Part shown: piece by piece, positions 10,709-19,750 of the stretch
Layout: every line of letters starts with the position of its first letter
Numbering within the stretch: position 1 is the first letter of the stretch
Source of the DNA: Candidatus Poribacteria bacterium
GTDB taxonomy: Bacteria; Poribacteria; WGA-4E; WGA-3G
Direction of reading: 5' to 3'
DNA: 64,000 nucleotides
Assembly (NCBI GenBank): GCA_965205015.1
Contig: OZ242029.1
Location: forward strand, 576,001-640,000
Program-made: the position numbers and the translations under genes
The notes under the pieces: model-generated
Told to the model about the DNA's origin: nothing
Seen by the model: the letters and a program-made list of their open reading frames with translations, nothing else
Database searches by the model: none

Positions 10709-11338
10709 CTACTTCGCCTCCTGAATTTCGTTCAGCAATGCTTGCGTTGCAACGTGTGGTTCAGGGTGGGCGCAAACGGCAGAAATTACCGCGATGCCGT
10801 GTGCCCCTGCCCGAATAACTTCACCTGCGGTCTGAATACCAATGCCACCGATCGCGATCACCGGACACGCCGCGATGTCGCACATCCGGCGGAGCCTTTC
10901 CAACCCCTTAGCCGTTTCCGCGTCCGGCTTTGAAGTGGTTCCATAGATAGGTCCAAACCCAATATAGTCCGCACCCTCTGAAATCGCCGCGAGTATTTTC
11001 GCCTCGGTTCGAGCAGAGGCACCAAGGATCGCTTCTGGAGATAGAATCCGCCTTCCGATGGAAACAGGCATATCGTCCTGTCCAAAGTGTGCGCCCGTCG
11101 CCCCAACAGCCAGTGCGATATCGGCTCTATCGTTGACAATCAGTGGTACCTTGTACCTTGCACATATCGTTTGCATCGACTGTGCCACGGCTATTAATTC
11201 GCGCGTCGTCCCCTGTTTCTGACGGAATTGCACCGTATCTGCCCCGCCCTCGATTGCCAATTCCGCCAATTCGGCGTGCGTAAATCGAGACTGTAGCGTT
11301 GTATCCGTGATGACGTGTAGAACGCCGATGTTTTTCAT
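10709..11338 (-). CDS. thiE: Thiamine phosphate synthase
   Basis: VQFRQK, LIVNDR, HFGQDD, GPIYGTTSK and IAIGGI motifs. Confidence 0.95.
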   Translation of the reverse strand: MKNIGVLHVITDTTLQSRFTHAELAELAIEGGADTVQFRQKQGTTRELIAVAQSMQTICARYKVPLIVNDRADIALAVGATGAHFGQDDMPVSIGRRILSPEAILGASARTEAKILAAISEGADYIGFGPIYGTTSKPDAETAKGLERLRRMCDIAACPVIAIGGIGIQTAGEVIRAGAHGIAVISAVCAHPEPHVATQALLNEIQEAK

Positions 11339-11497
11339 GTTGGCATATCACTCAAAATATGGTAGATTATCGATAGCGGTCAGCAGTCAGGTCGCTTCGC
11401 TTTCGACTTTCAGTAAAGAGGTTTTCGTTCAACAGAGGTTCCTTTTGGCACTGACAGCCGATAACTAATTTAGTATATCACATTTAGGAGAGACTTT

Positions 11498-12136
11498 GTG
11501 AATAATTTATTGTTTGAATCTGGGGATAAAGTGCTTTTTATCGGGGATAGCATTACAGATTGTGGGCGACGAGATGCACATGCCGCTCCATTGGGGAATG
11601 GCTATGTCCGCAAAATAACCGAACTCATCACTGCGAAATACCCGGAACGCCGCATTACCTACGTCAATAAAGGTATTGGTGGGGACATCGTGGAAGGTTT
11701 GGAAAGCCGATGGGATATCGACGTGATTGACGAAAAACCGGAATGGCTTTCGGTGAAAATCGGCATTAACAATGCGAGTCGGCAGCACGCCGAAGGTGTT
11801 TCAACGTTAGACTATCTGCCGATGTGGGAGGACTGCTATCGACGGATTCTGACACGTGCGAAAACTGAATTAGACGCATCCCTTTTTCTGTTTGAAATTT
11901 TCTATATTGCAGAAGATGTTGAGACACCGCGTCCATTAGATGTAGACGCTTACAACGCAAGTATTCATAGACTCGCGGAAGAATTCGACGCACGGTTAAT
12001 TCCGACCAGCACCGCCTTTGAGAACGCAGTCGCTGCCCGCCCTGGCGCACTTTGGACAACGCAAGACGGTGTCCATCCAAATGCGGAGGGACATACGTTG
12101 ATGGCACTGGAATTTCTGAAGCAAGCGGCGTGGTGA
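11498..12136 (+). CDS. SGNH/GDSL hydrolase
   Basis: FIGDSITD, NKGIGG, GINN and DGVHPN blocks. Confidence 0.9.
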   Translation: MNNLLFESGDKVLFIGDSITDCGRRDAHAAPLGNGYVRKITELITAKYPERRITYVNKGIGGDIVEGLESRWDIDVIDEKPEWLSVKIGINNASRQHAEGVSTLDYLPMWEDCYRRILTRAKTELDASLFLFEIFYIAEDVETPRPLDVDAYNASIHRLAEEFDARLIPTSTAFENAVAARPGALWTTQDGVHPNAEGHTLMALEFLKQAAW

Positions 12137-12150
12137 ACAAGGAAGCGTAT

Positions 12151-12999
12151 CTATCGCCCCGATGATTTTTTCAATGCCTCAATTAGCTCACGCTCACGAT
12201 GCGAGTTATATTCGGAGGCAAGTCGTTGTGCTTCGATGCGATTGCCCCAATAAAACTGGCATCCGATCAAGGAGATACCCACACCGTCAACATAACGGCG
12301 TTCACGGATGGCATCCGCGACAAGATACATGAATGTCCCACCCAAAACTGCTGCGAGAACCCCTTCTTTGACTCTCCCTACATAGAGCTGCCCACTTCCG
12401 GGAACGACTGTGGACAACCATCCGGCTAATTGCGGCGATTTGTGTGGGAGGGGTGTTTTTTCAAAAAGCATGTCCGCCAATTGACGTGCATTTTTTCCAT
12501 GCGGTGCAGCAGCCTGTGGGGTTCCTACTCGTCGCAATTCCGCAATAGCCTTGTCCCAATCGGATGTCCGAACGTAACACCAACCGCGCAGATAGTGCGC
12601 TGCTGCCACAACTTCTGTATCTTTAGTCGAGTGCAGAAGTTCAAAGAGTGCTGTTCGCGCCAGTGAATATTCATCGGCATCAAAATGGAGCTGCCCAATC
12701 ATCAACTGGCTCCAAAACCGAAAGGTCGAATTCGGATGAATGGCTAAAAATTCACGAAACAGGTGTTCAGCACGCTCAGGTTGGTTTTGATAGTAATAAC
12801 TCTGTGCGATCCGGTAATCCGCCACATCCCTGAATTCCGTGTCAGGTCGATAGAAGAGGAGGCGTTTGTATGCCAACCGTGCCGCCCGATAATCGCCCGA
12901 TTCAAAAAGGTGCTCTGCGTAACGGTGCTGACTTTGCTCGTCCAAGTCACTGCTAATTGCGAAAACGATGATAGAAAGAAAAAGAGATGCTGCTGTCAT
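12151..12999 (-). CDS. TPR/BamD-like protein with C-terminal membrane segment
   Basis: Signal peptide, TPR helices, KSP..AG.LS.VVPGSGQ.Y.GR motif shared with 14316-15263. Confidence 0.75.
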   Translation of the reverse strand: MTAASLFLSIIVFAISSDLDEQSQHRYAEHLFESGDYRAARLAYKRLLFYRPDTEFRDVADYRIAQSYYYQNQPERAEHLFREFLAIHPNSTFRFWSQLMIGQLHFDADEYSLARTALFELLHSTKDTEVVAAAHYLRGWCYVRTSDWDKAIAELRRVGTPQAAAPHGKNARQLADMLFEKTPLPHKSPQLAGWLSTVVPGSGQLYVGRVKEGVLAAVLGGTFMYLVADAIRERRYVDGVGISLIGCQFYWGNRIEAQRLASEYNSHRERELIEALKKSSGR

Positions 13000-13039
13000 A
13001 AAACTCCAACTTTTCTATAATACAATGTTTGAGCTATCA

Positions 13040-13198
13040 CTATCCTTTGCTTTTGATTGTCGCCCATAGGGCTAACAACTTTCTTTTCGGAGAAACAACC
13101 AACGGTTTGGGAAACCAAGCAGGCGTCAATGCCAGCGCCAAGTTCTCAGCAATGGCAACCCGTTCACCGCTACTGATGTTTATCACGTAGACATTATA
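13040..13198 (-). pseudogene. Orphan 3' fragment of a PD40/TolB-like gene
   Basis: Minus strand reads YNVYVINISSGERVAIAENLALALTPAWFPKPLVVSPKRKLLALWATIKSKG*, paralleling the end of 13261-14244. There is an in-frame stop just upstream and no ATG. Confidence 0.65.
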
Positions 13199-13260
13199 AC
13201 GAACACGGACAAGTACACAAACTAAAAGTCAGATCCTCAAAAGAGCAGCGCGCGTAAGTC

Positions 13261-14244
13261 CTATTTAAGCTGCTTGATCGTTCCCCAGAGCGTTACCAGC
13301 TTCTCCTCGGTGGAAACTGACAGTGGTATTGGCTGCCAAGCAGGGAATATATCGTGCTCAAACCAACTTTGGGTGAGGTTAACCGGGTCGGAGCCATCAG
13401 CGTTCATCACGTAGATCTCATAATTTCCATCTCTATCCGTGGTAAAAGCGATTTGAGAACCATTCGGAGACCAGCAGGGAAAATCATCATCCCCTTGGTT
13501 TTTCGTTAACTGAATGATATTATCGCCATCAGCGTCCATGACATAGATTTCAAAGTCGTCATCTCTCGCTGAGGCAAAGGCGATTTTCTCACCATCCGGA
13601 GACCAAGCAGGATACCAATCGTCTCTTCTTGGATCTCGCGTTAGGTTGATGGGGTTGGAACCATCAGCATTCATTACGAAAATATTAAAAATGCCGCCAT
13701 TTCTCGTTGAGGCAAAGGTGATCTGTTTTCCATCCGGAGACCAAGAGGGAGATCTGTCTGTTCTTGGATTTTGCGTTAGGTTGACAAGGTTAGAGCCATC
13801 AGCGTTCATGACATAGACATCATAGATGCTATTTTTCTTTGAGGCAAAGGTGATTTGCCTACCATCCGGAGACCAAGAAGGTTCAAGATCTATTGTATGT
13901 AAGTTGTTAGTCAGTTGGATGGTATTATCCCCCTCGGTATTCATGACATAGAGGTCATAATCGCCATCTCTGTTCGAAGCAAAGGCAATTTGTCTACCAT
14001 CCGGAGACCAGGTGGGACTGAAGTCCGATGCCTGCCCTTCAGTGAGTTTGACAGGTTTTTTCCCATCGGCATTCATTACCTTGAGATCATATGTAAATGT
14101 TTCACCGCGCATTGTTAGGTAGGCAATCTTCGTAGCATCAACTGACTGACTTGCCGATGCAATCAGAACGCTCATCAATAGCAGAATAACCCGCCGCTGT
14201 AAACAGAGGTCCATCATAATTCGCTGAGAAAATGCGGGTGCCAT
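13261..14244 (-). CDS. TolB-like PD40-repeat beta-propeller protein
   Basis: Repeated PxWSPDGxQIxF..IYVMNADG units and C-terminal EKLVTLWGTIK tail. Confidence 0.9.
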   Translation of the reverse strand: MAPAFSQRIMMDLCLQRRVILLLMSVLIASASQSVDATKIAYLTMRGETFTYDLKVMNADGKKPVKLTEGQASDFSPTWSPDGRQIAFASNRDGDYDLYVMNTEGDNTIQLTNNLHTIDLEPSWSPDGRQITFASKKNSIYDVYVMNADGSNLVNLTQNPRTDRSPSWSPDGKQITFASTRNGGIFNIFVMNADGSNPINLTRDPRRDDWYPAWSPDGEKIAFASARDDDFEIYVMDADGDNIIQLTKNQGDDDFPCWSPNGSQIAFTTDRDGNYEIYVMNADGSDPVNLTQSWFEHDIFPAWQPIPLSVSTEEKLVTLWGTIKQLK

Positions 14245-14315
14245 GGTTCTACCCTCCTTAGTTACAATGCGGGCACTTGGTTACGCAGCGATTTAGAACT
14301 GTGTAACCAAACCGA

Positions 14316-15263
14316 TTAAAACCTATACTTCCACACGACTAATTCCATATCGCCTTTTAAAGGCGATATTGCTCCGAATAACCCTGAACCCCGAATTTCC
14401 TGTTGAAGTCGGTTCCGAAATTGTGCCTCGTGTTGAATGTTAAAGACCCGCGCAGATTGAATACTCTGATAGATACCATTCCCATAGAAAAACAGACTCA
14501 GCACCCCGACAGGTATCGCAACTTCATAACGCTCTTGGTCGGCGTAATAGAAACTCGCACTCCCTAATACCACCATACCCACAAAGGTGTAAAGTCCGTC
14601 AGTCGTTCTCCCGGCATAAACCTGTCCACTCCCTGGCACTAACGCTGAAAACACACCAGCGACCGTCGAGGAACGGTGCGGAAGCGTATCAGCGTTTTTT
14701 ATCCGCCGCGCCAATCTATCGCTCACCTCAGCGAAAGGCGTATCGGGGTAGGTTGAATATACGTCGCTCCACACGCGACTCGCTTGTGTCCATTCTCCCT
14801 TATCCGCGTGGAGCATTCCAATTGTAAAGTGTGCGCGGGGTGCTAAGCTGCTCTCCTTATGTTCTGAAAGGAACCGTTTAAGGGATGCAAGCCCCTGTTT
14901 GCTATCGCCCGATAGAACATGACACTGCGCAATATTGTTTTTCGCGCGCTCGATAAGCACACTTTTCGGATAGGTATCAATCAGAAATTGGTAGGCACGG
15001 ATGGCGTTCTCCAATTTGCCTGCATTTTGATAGGAGGCGGCAACACGGAACGCTATGAAATCAATTTGAGGGGCATCGGGATGTAAAAAGAGGAGTCGCT
15101 TATACTCGTGAGCGGCGTTGAGATAATCCCCTTCTTGGAAGAGTGAATCCGCAAAAGAGGACTCTACAGCTTCAGCAGGTAACGGAAATGCACATAAGAA
15201 AATAAGCGACACGGCACAAGCAACACGCCCATATCGCTCTAAAAGGGAGAGAAAGATTTTCAT
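14316..15263 (-). CDS. TPR/BamD-like protein with C-terminal membrane segment
   Basis: Signal peptide and TPR helices, paralog of 12151-12999. Confidence 0.75.
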   Translation of the reverse strand: MKIFLSLLERYGRVACAVSLIFLCAFPLPAEAVESSFADSLFQEGDYLNAAHEYKRLLFLHPDAPQIDFIAFRVAASYQNAGKLENAIRAYQFLIDTYPKSVLIERAKNNIAQCHVLSGDSKQGLASLKRFLSEHKESSLAPRAHFTIGMLHADKGEWTQASRVWSDVYSTYPDTPFAEVSDRLARRIKNADTLPHRSSTVAGVFSALVPGSGQVYAGRTTDGLYTFVGMVVLGSASFYYADQERYEVAIPVGVLSLFFYGNGIYQSIQSARVFNIQHEAQFRNRLQQEIRGSGLFGAISPLKGDMELVVWKYRF

Positions 15264-15754
15264 TCGGTATCAAGTTGCTTTTGCACATGCTCCTTGCTAA
15301 TTGCCCAAACGCTATTTCCGATATCTGTAAGGTATGGGGCAAATCGAGAATTCGCAATTTCGTTTTTGAAGCCATCGGGACCATAAGCGTTGAAAAGGAT
15401 GAGTGCGAAGGCGATAACAAGTCCACCAGAAACGATCCCAAAGCCGAGTCCGAGCAGATGGTTCATCCATCCCAAAACACCGCTTTCGAGAATCCGCTGA
15501 ATCCGCTCAAAAAGGGAGTCCACCAGAAGAGAGACGACCAGCACAATAGCAACAATGCTCAGCCACTTCGCCCAATCCGGATTTGCTACCAACTTCTGGA
15601 CAACTACCGCAAGTTGACCCCAAAATTGACAGGCAGCAAAGAATCCGATGCCGATGACGAATATACCCCATACACTTCGGGTGAAACCCGCACGGTAGCA
15701 ACTTACACCAGCCAATCCAACAAGAATGAGAATACCAATATCGAGTTTCGTCAT
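15260..15754 (-). CDS. CvpA (colicin V production) family membrane protein
   Basis: LDI.IL...GF.R start, four hydrophobic helices, LGWMNHLLG.GFG and S..AP motifs. Confidence 0.85.
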   Translation of the reverse strand: MTKLDIGILILVGLAGVSCYRAGFTRSVWGIFVIGIGFFAACQFWGQLAVVVQKLVANPDWAKWLSIVAIVLVVSLLVDSLFERIQRILESGVLGWMNHLLGLGFGIVSGGLVIAFALILFNAYGPDGFKNEIANSRFAPYLTDIGNSVWAISKEHVQKQLDTE

Positions 15755-15813
15755 TTTCGATTTTTAGTTTATGGACCCCTGGAAGGTATCATTAAAAAAC
15801 TGAGGTTGGGTAT

Positions 15814-16854
15814 CTATTCGCTCTCTTGAAGAAAAGGGATTTCTGCCAAATGGCATCCAAACACCTGTTTAATTGCAATCTCTATCGGAGTACCGTTGCC
15901 TAACTGGTGAAGCAGCTTGCGCATTTTGGGGAAACCGAACTGCTGGATGAGAAATTCTGCTACTGCAGCGGATTGGATATACGCCAATTTCCGATATTTT
16001 GCGGGAAGTTGGTCAAACGGTTTATTCAAGAGAGCAAAGGGGAGTAAACATTCCGTCTGAACCGCTTGCTGAAAGTCGCGGCGTTCAGATTCAAACATCG
16101 GGCGGGCGATGCTTTGTGAGAGTCCTTCGTCAAGCCATACCGGACAATGCCCGTGTGCTACATGATGAATCAACAGATGTACCCATTCATGTCGTAACAG
16201 GGCATATAAGATGCTTAGCACTGGCTCACCGGCTGCACAGTATACCAGACGGATGCCACCATCATAGCACCCACTCGCCCATCTTGGCATCGCATGTTGA
16301 GACGCAGCACGTCCATTTGTATTTGTGACCGATATCGCGACCGGTGAAGCCGGATAGTACCCTAACACTTCACCCAATTCCGAGTAAGTCCGATGAATCA
16401 GGCGACAGATATTCCAGATTGTCTGGGAACTCATTTCGGAATGACTCGTGAGATCGAAAAATTCCGAATGGACAACCTGTTTAGGGAATCTTATAGGACC
16501 GACTTGTAACTGTTCAAGGAATTGTAAGGGAGGTGGTTCCTTAAAGTCATCTAAAGAGATCAGTGTATCATAACATGCTTTCTCATCAAGAATGCGCGCT
16601 TTACGCCTAAGAGCCGTTGGCGAATCAGGACATAATCGCAGGGCAATGTCTAAACACGCCAATGCCGTATCCCACTCTCCAACCATCTCATAGGCTTTCG
16701 CAAGGTCGGCATAGATATAGTGATGCTGTGCCGCGCCTAATTTCAAGCCAGCGAGATAGTGGTGGATCGCTTCAACATAACACGCCTGTCCATAACTAAG
16801 GGTTGCCTGCTGAAAATGTGATAGTGCCAATGAGTTGGTATGTCCAAAGTGCAC
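15814..16854 (-). CDS. TPR plus peptidase MA-like (HExxH) protein
   Basis: N-terminal TPR, WASGCYDGGI, LRHEWVH, PVWLDEGL, LAY.QS. Likely GTG start at 16854 (the ORF track extends to 16947). Confidence 0.8.
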   Translation of the reverse strand: MHFGHTNSLALSHFQQATLSYGQACYVEAIHHYLAGLKLGAAQHHYIYADLAKAYEMVGEWDTALACLDIALRLCPDSPTALRRKARILDEKACYDTLISLDDFKEPPPLQFLEQLQVGPIRFPKQVVHSEFFDLTSHSEMSSQTIWNICRLIHRTYSELGEVLGYYPASPVAISVTNTNGRAASQHAMPRWASGCYDGGIRLVYCAAGEPVLSILYALLRHEWVHLLIHHVAHGHCPVWLDEGLSQSIARPMFESERRDFQQAVQTECLLPFALLNKPFDQLPAKYRKLAYIQSAAVAEFLIQQFGFPKMRKLLHQLGNGTPIEIAIKQVFGCHLAEIPFLQESE

Positions 16855-16927
16855 AACTTTCCTAAGGAACGGTGGTGCATTAAAGGCGCATCCCTCAATG
16901 CACAACGCAATCCCTCTCCCAGTAAAA

Positions 16928-17587
16928 TTAGGACCGTTCAATATCAACCACTTTGAAACTCACTTTCCCGCATCTGAGTGTAGAACCATCTTGAATCCGG
17001 GTCGGTGCTTCAACACGCGTGTCATCAAGATAAGTCTCATCAGAACTACCCAAATCCGTGACGTAGACGTCGTTATCCTTCTGCTCAAATCGGACGTGTA
17101 CACGAGAAAGCGTCCGGATTGCGTTGTAACGCTTCAACATCTCTGGGGATTCAACGGTTTGTTCAGTATCCCACTTCTGCAGGGCATCGGCGTCGGGTAA
17201 AGATGCATCGACCTGCATGATTTCGGTAGTTTCACTGCCCATACCCTGTGGGCTATAACCGGGTCGCAGTTCCAGTCCTTCTACATCAAGCGGCTCAGCT
17301 TCTACGGCTTCGCCCCGAATTTCTGCCATCACACGTTCGCGAGCGCGCTGCTCGGCACCAGGCGGTAGCATAACGTTCTCTCGTTCCTCAAATCGGTAGT
17401 GTGAGAAGTCTATTAATTGTTTCAATGGCTGAAGTTCCGGGAAGTTGTGAATTTCCTTTAGAAGGCGTTTCTGCCTACGTGACAACCGCTCATTTTTCAG
17501 CCAGCACGTATAAGCTTCCAACATCTCTGCCTTTTTCAAATCATCTGCCGAGATGCCGGCCCTTCGCCATTTCTTCCAGAAGCGCAT
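16928..17587 (-). CDS. FHA-domain protein (putative anti-sigma partner)
   Basis: C-terminal LSRVH..DLGSSDETY..IQDG..LRCG FHA signature, directly downstream of the ECF sigma gene. Confidence 0.75.
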   Translation of the reverse strand: MRFWKKWRRAGISADDLKKAEMLEAYTCWLKNERLSRRQKRLLKEIHNFPELQPLKQLIDFSHYRFEERENVMLPPGAEQRARERVMAEIRGEAVEAEPLDVEGLELRPGYSPQGMGSETTEIMQVDASLPDADALQKWDTEQTVESPEMLKRYNAIRTLSRVHVRFEQKDNDVYVTDLGSSDETYLDDTRVEAPTRIQDGSTLRCGKVSFKVVDIERS

Positions 17588-17603
17588 GCGTTAATCCTCC
17601 AAA

Positions 17604-18218
17604 TTAATATATCCACTGAATGCCTTTTGCAATCAGAATTTTCCGCAGTTCCTCGGTGCACCGAAAAATCCAAATTTTCACAGTGCCGTCCTTGCGGTTG
17701 AGAATGCGGGCAATCTCTGCGATACTATAGCCTTCCAAGTGCCGTAACATCCACGCAATCCGATGATTTGGTTTCGTTACCTGTTCAAGGGCACCTTCCA
17801 AAATCTGTTGTGCTTCTGCGGCTTCTAATTCTTGCTCGGGACCTGGGCGCGGGTCCTCGTATTTACTCAGCGGCTGTTCATCCTCATCAGGTGAACCACT
17901 GAGCGGGTGTTCCCGGATCCTGTCCCGCTTGCGTATCGCATCGATAATCGTATTTCGCGCTACCGTATTTAACCACGCCTGAAAACTACCCTGCTCTGTG
18001 TCCCATTTGCCCAGCTTCTGCCAAACTTTAACGAACACATCCGAGGCAACCTCTTCAGCATCTTGATAATTTCCAAGCATTCGGTAGGCTTTATTATAAA
18101 CCCACTTATAATGCTTGTCGAACAATTGCCTAAACGCGGCTTCGTTGCCTGCTTTCGCTTGCGTCGCGAGATAGGTATCTTCGACAGCAGATAAGTCATT
18201 AGATATTTGGCGCGCCAT
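17604..18218 (-). CDS. ECF RNA polymerase sigma factor
   Basis: DAEEVASDVFVKVW, FQAWL..VARN.IID and region 4 EGYSIAEIARIL..GTVK. Confidence 0.92.
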   Translation of the reverse strand: MARQISNDLSAVEDTYLATQAKAGNEAAFRQLFDKHYKWVYNKAYRMLGNYQDAEEVASDVFVKVWQKLGKWDTEQGSFQAWLNTVARNTIIDAIRKRDRIREHPLSGSPDEDEQPLSKYEDPRPGPEQELEAAEAQQILEGALEQVTKPNHRIAWMLRHLEGYSIAEIARILNRKDGTVKIWIFRCTEELRKILIAKGIQWIY

Positions 18219-18382
18219 TCAAATCTGCTCCTTCGCCTATAAGGATCTACTCTTCCGCCTATAAGGACCCTTTTCAGCAGGCTATGCAATGTAACGTCAA
18301 TGAATTCGATAACGTTTCAAAAAAGGAAAAGAGTGGCACGCTGTAGAGAATTAACGCGCTACCAACGTTCACTAATAGACTT

Positions 18383-18537
18383 GTGATACTACCCAACGCC
18401 TAAAGGCGTGGGCTTCGGTTTCATAGCAACTGCGTTCTTCCGAAAGGGTTGAACGTCTTATTATCGCTCCACCCGTAGGCTCTTATTCCGAATCAGATCG
18501 GCTTTATCTGGTTTATGCCCAGGGTACCCCAGCCTAC
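18383..18537 (-). ncRNA. Stand-alone TnpB-type omega-RNA (reRNA) scaffold
   Basis: Shares GGTGGAGCG...GCAGTTGCTATGAAACCGAAGCCC with the tnpB 3' region. The first stem covaries (GTAGGCT/AGCCTAC vs GCGGGCA/TGCCCGC). Confidence 0.75.
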
Positions 18538-18641
18538 AAAGAATGAATGAGAGGGTACCGATACAAGGCGTTGGGTCATTACGCCACAATCGACTTACAG
18601 GAACGATACCCGAAATGTATTTTAGAGTGATTGCGCACTTC

Positions 18642-18716
18642 GCACTCTATGCCCTTCTCACGGGGCGGTTAGGACTCTGCCAGAGATTGGCAGAGGTGAG
18701 AACCCTAACCAAGTGC
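18642..18716 (-). ncRNA. Pseudoknotted 5'-leader RNA motif, copy B
   Basis: GCACT-T-GGTTAGGG-TTCTCAC-CTCTGCCA/TGGCAGAG-TCCTAACC-GCCC-C-GTGAGAA-GGGC-ATAG-AGTGC. Confidence 0.7.
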
Positions 18717-18723
18717 TGATACA

Positions 18724-18752
18724 AGTATACTACAATTTACTGTGAATGTCAA
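18724..18752 (-). promoter_or_regulatory. sigma70-type promoter inside the non-autonomous element
   Basis: TTGACA-17 nt-TATACT on the minus strand. Confidence 0.75.
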
Positions 18753-18845
18753 GTTTATTTTTGATTTTCAACGATTAACGATATTAGACCCAACGCTAAA
18801 GCATTGGGACCTGTTAAGGGAGGATCGTAAAAACTAAAATGATCT

Positions 18846-19724
18846 CTATGAAACACTTCCCAGAACAATCCGTTCCTTCCCCGCATAGTCTTTGCGCAGT
18901 TCATACGTGGAATAGGCAGATTCAGCATCAAGAAGCGTGCGAACGGTGTCGGCTTGCGTCGCACCAATTTCAAGGATAAGCTTTCCACTCGGTGCGAGAT
19001 ATTTCGGTGCCTCAGCAATTAATCGACGAATAACGTCAAGACCGTCATCTCCAGCAAAGAGGGCAATTTCGGGTTCATGGTCCCGGACATCTGGACTCAA
19101 GGTGTCACGCTCCGTATTTTTGATATAGGGTGGATTGGAGGCTATCCAATCAAATTGGGCATCCCCATTCGCACATATTGCGTCTACTGGTTCAAACAGG
19201 TCTCCAGACAAAAACTTAATTTGCGCTGCGGAGGCGTGCGTTTCAGCGTTCTTTCGGGCAACGGCGAGAGCGGGATCAGAGATGTCCGTCGCAACGATCT
19301 CCCATTCTGGTTGTTGCACGGCAAGACTCGTCGCAATTACACCACTTCCTGTACCGAGTTCCAGTAAACGTTGGGAATTTCCGGCTTCTGTTGTGAGGAT
19401 CGTTTCAACGAGCTGTTCTGTCTCCGGGCGCGGAATGAGGACCCGTTCATCCACATAGAAATCCAAGGACATAAACTCCTTGCGATTCGTGAGGTAGCTA
19501 ACAGGTGTACGCGCGATTCTCTTTTTTATTAACTCTCGGAACGGTGTGAGGTGTTCTTGAAAGACGGGCATTTCAAAATGGAGATAGAGTTGCAGGCGGC
19601 TTTTTTCGAGCAGATGCCCAAGCAATACCTCAGCATCTAATCTCGGATTTGGGATGTCGTGCTGTTGGAAGTATTCCGCTGTCCAATCGAGCAGATCCAC
19701 TACGCGCCACATTTTACTCGGCAT
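18846..19724 (-). CDS. prmC: Release factor glutamine methyltransferase
   Basis: VLIPRPETE, ELGTGSG and SNPPY motifs, downstream of prfA. Confidence 0.95.
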   Translation of the reverse strand: MPSKMWRVVDLLDWTAEYFQQHDIPNPRLDAEVLLGHLLEKSRLQLYLHFEMPVFQEHLTPFRELIKKRIARTPVSYLTNRKEFMSLDFYVDERVLIPRPETEQLVETILTTEAGNSQRLLELGTGSGVIATSLAVQQPEWEIVATDISDPALAVARKNAETHASAAQIKFLSGDLFEPVDAICANGDAQFDWIASNPPYIKNTERDTLSPDVRDHEPEIALFAGDDGLDVIRRLIAEAPKYLAPSGKLILEIGATQADTVRTLLDAESAYSTYELRKDYAGKERIVLGSVS

Positions 19725-19750
19725 AGTTTCGTGTCCCTTAACTGGAGGGT

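Larger units (their letters stand above)
18383..18827 (-). mobile_element. Non-autonomous IS200/IS605 element (445 bp, no transposase or TnpB)
   Basis: Right end GAAG + hairpin CCCACGCCTTTAGGCGTTGGG + TCAC, left-end hairpin CCCAATGCTTTAGCGTTGGG. Both are homologous to the ends of the tnpB element at 40056-41508. Confidence 0.85.

Noticed and set aside
11339-11497. TPP riboswitch upstream of thiE
   Set aside because: No CTGAGA or ACCTG core was seen. The spacer is occupied by a heptamer repeat element.
18383-18827. Group I intron (IStron) or a small peptide in the mini-element
   Set aside because: No recognisable group I core, the promoter is internal and the site is intergenic. The only ATG ORF is 28 aa with no RBS.
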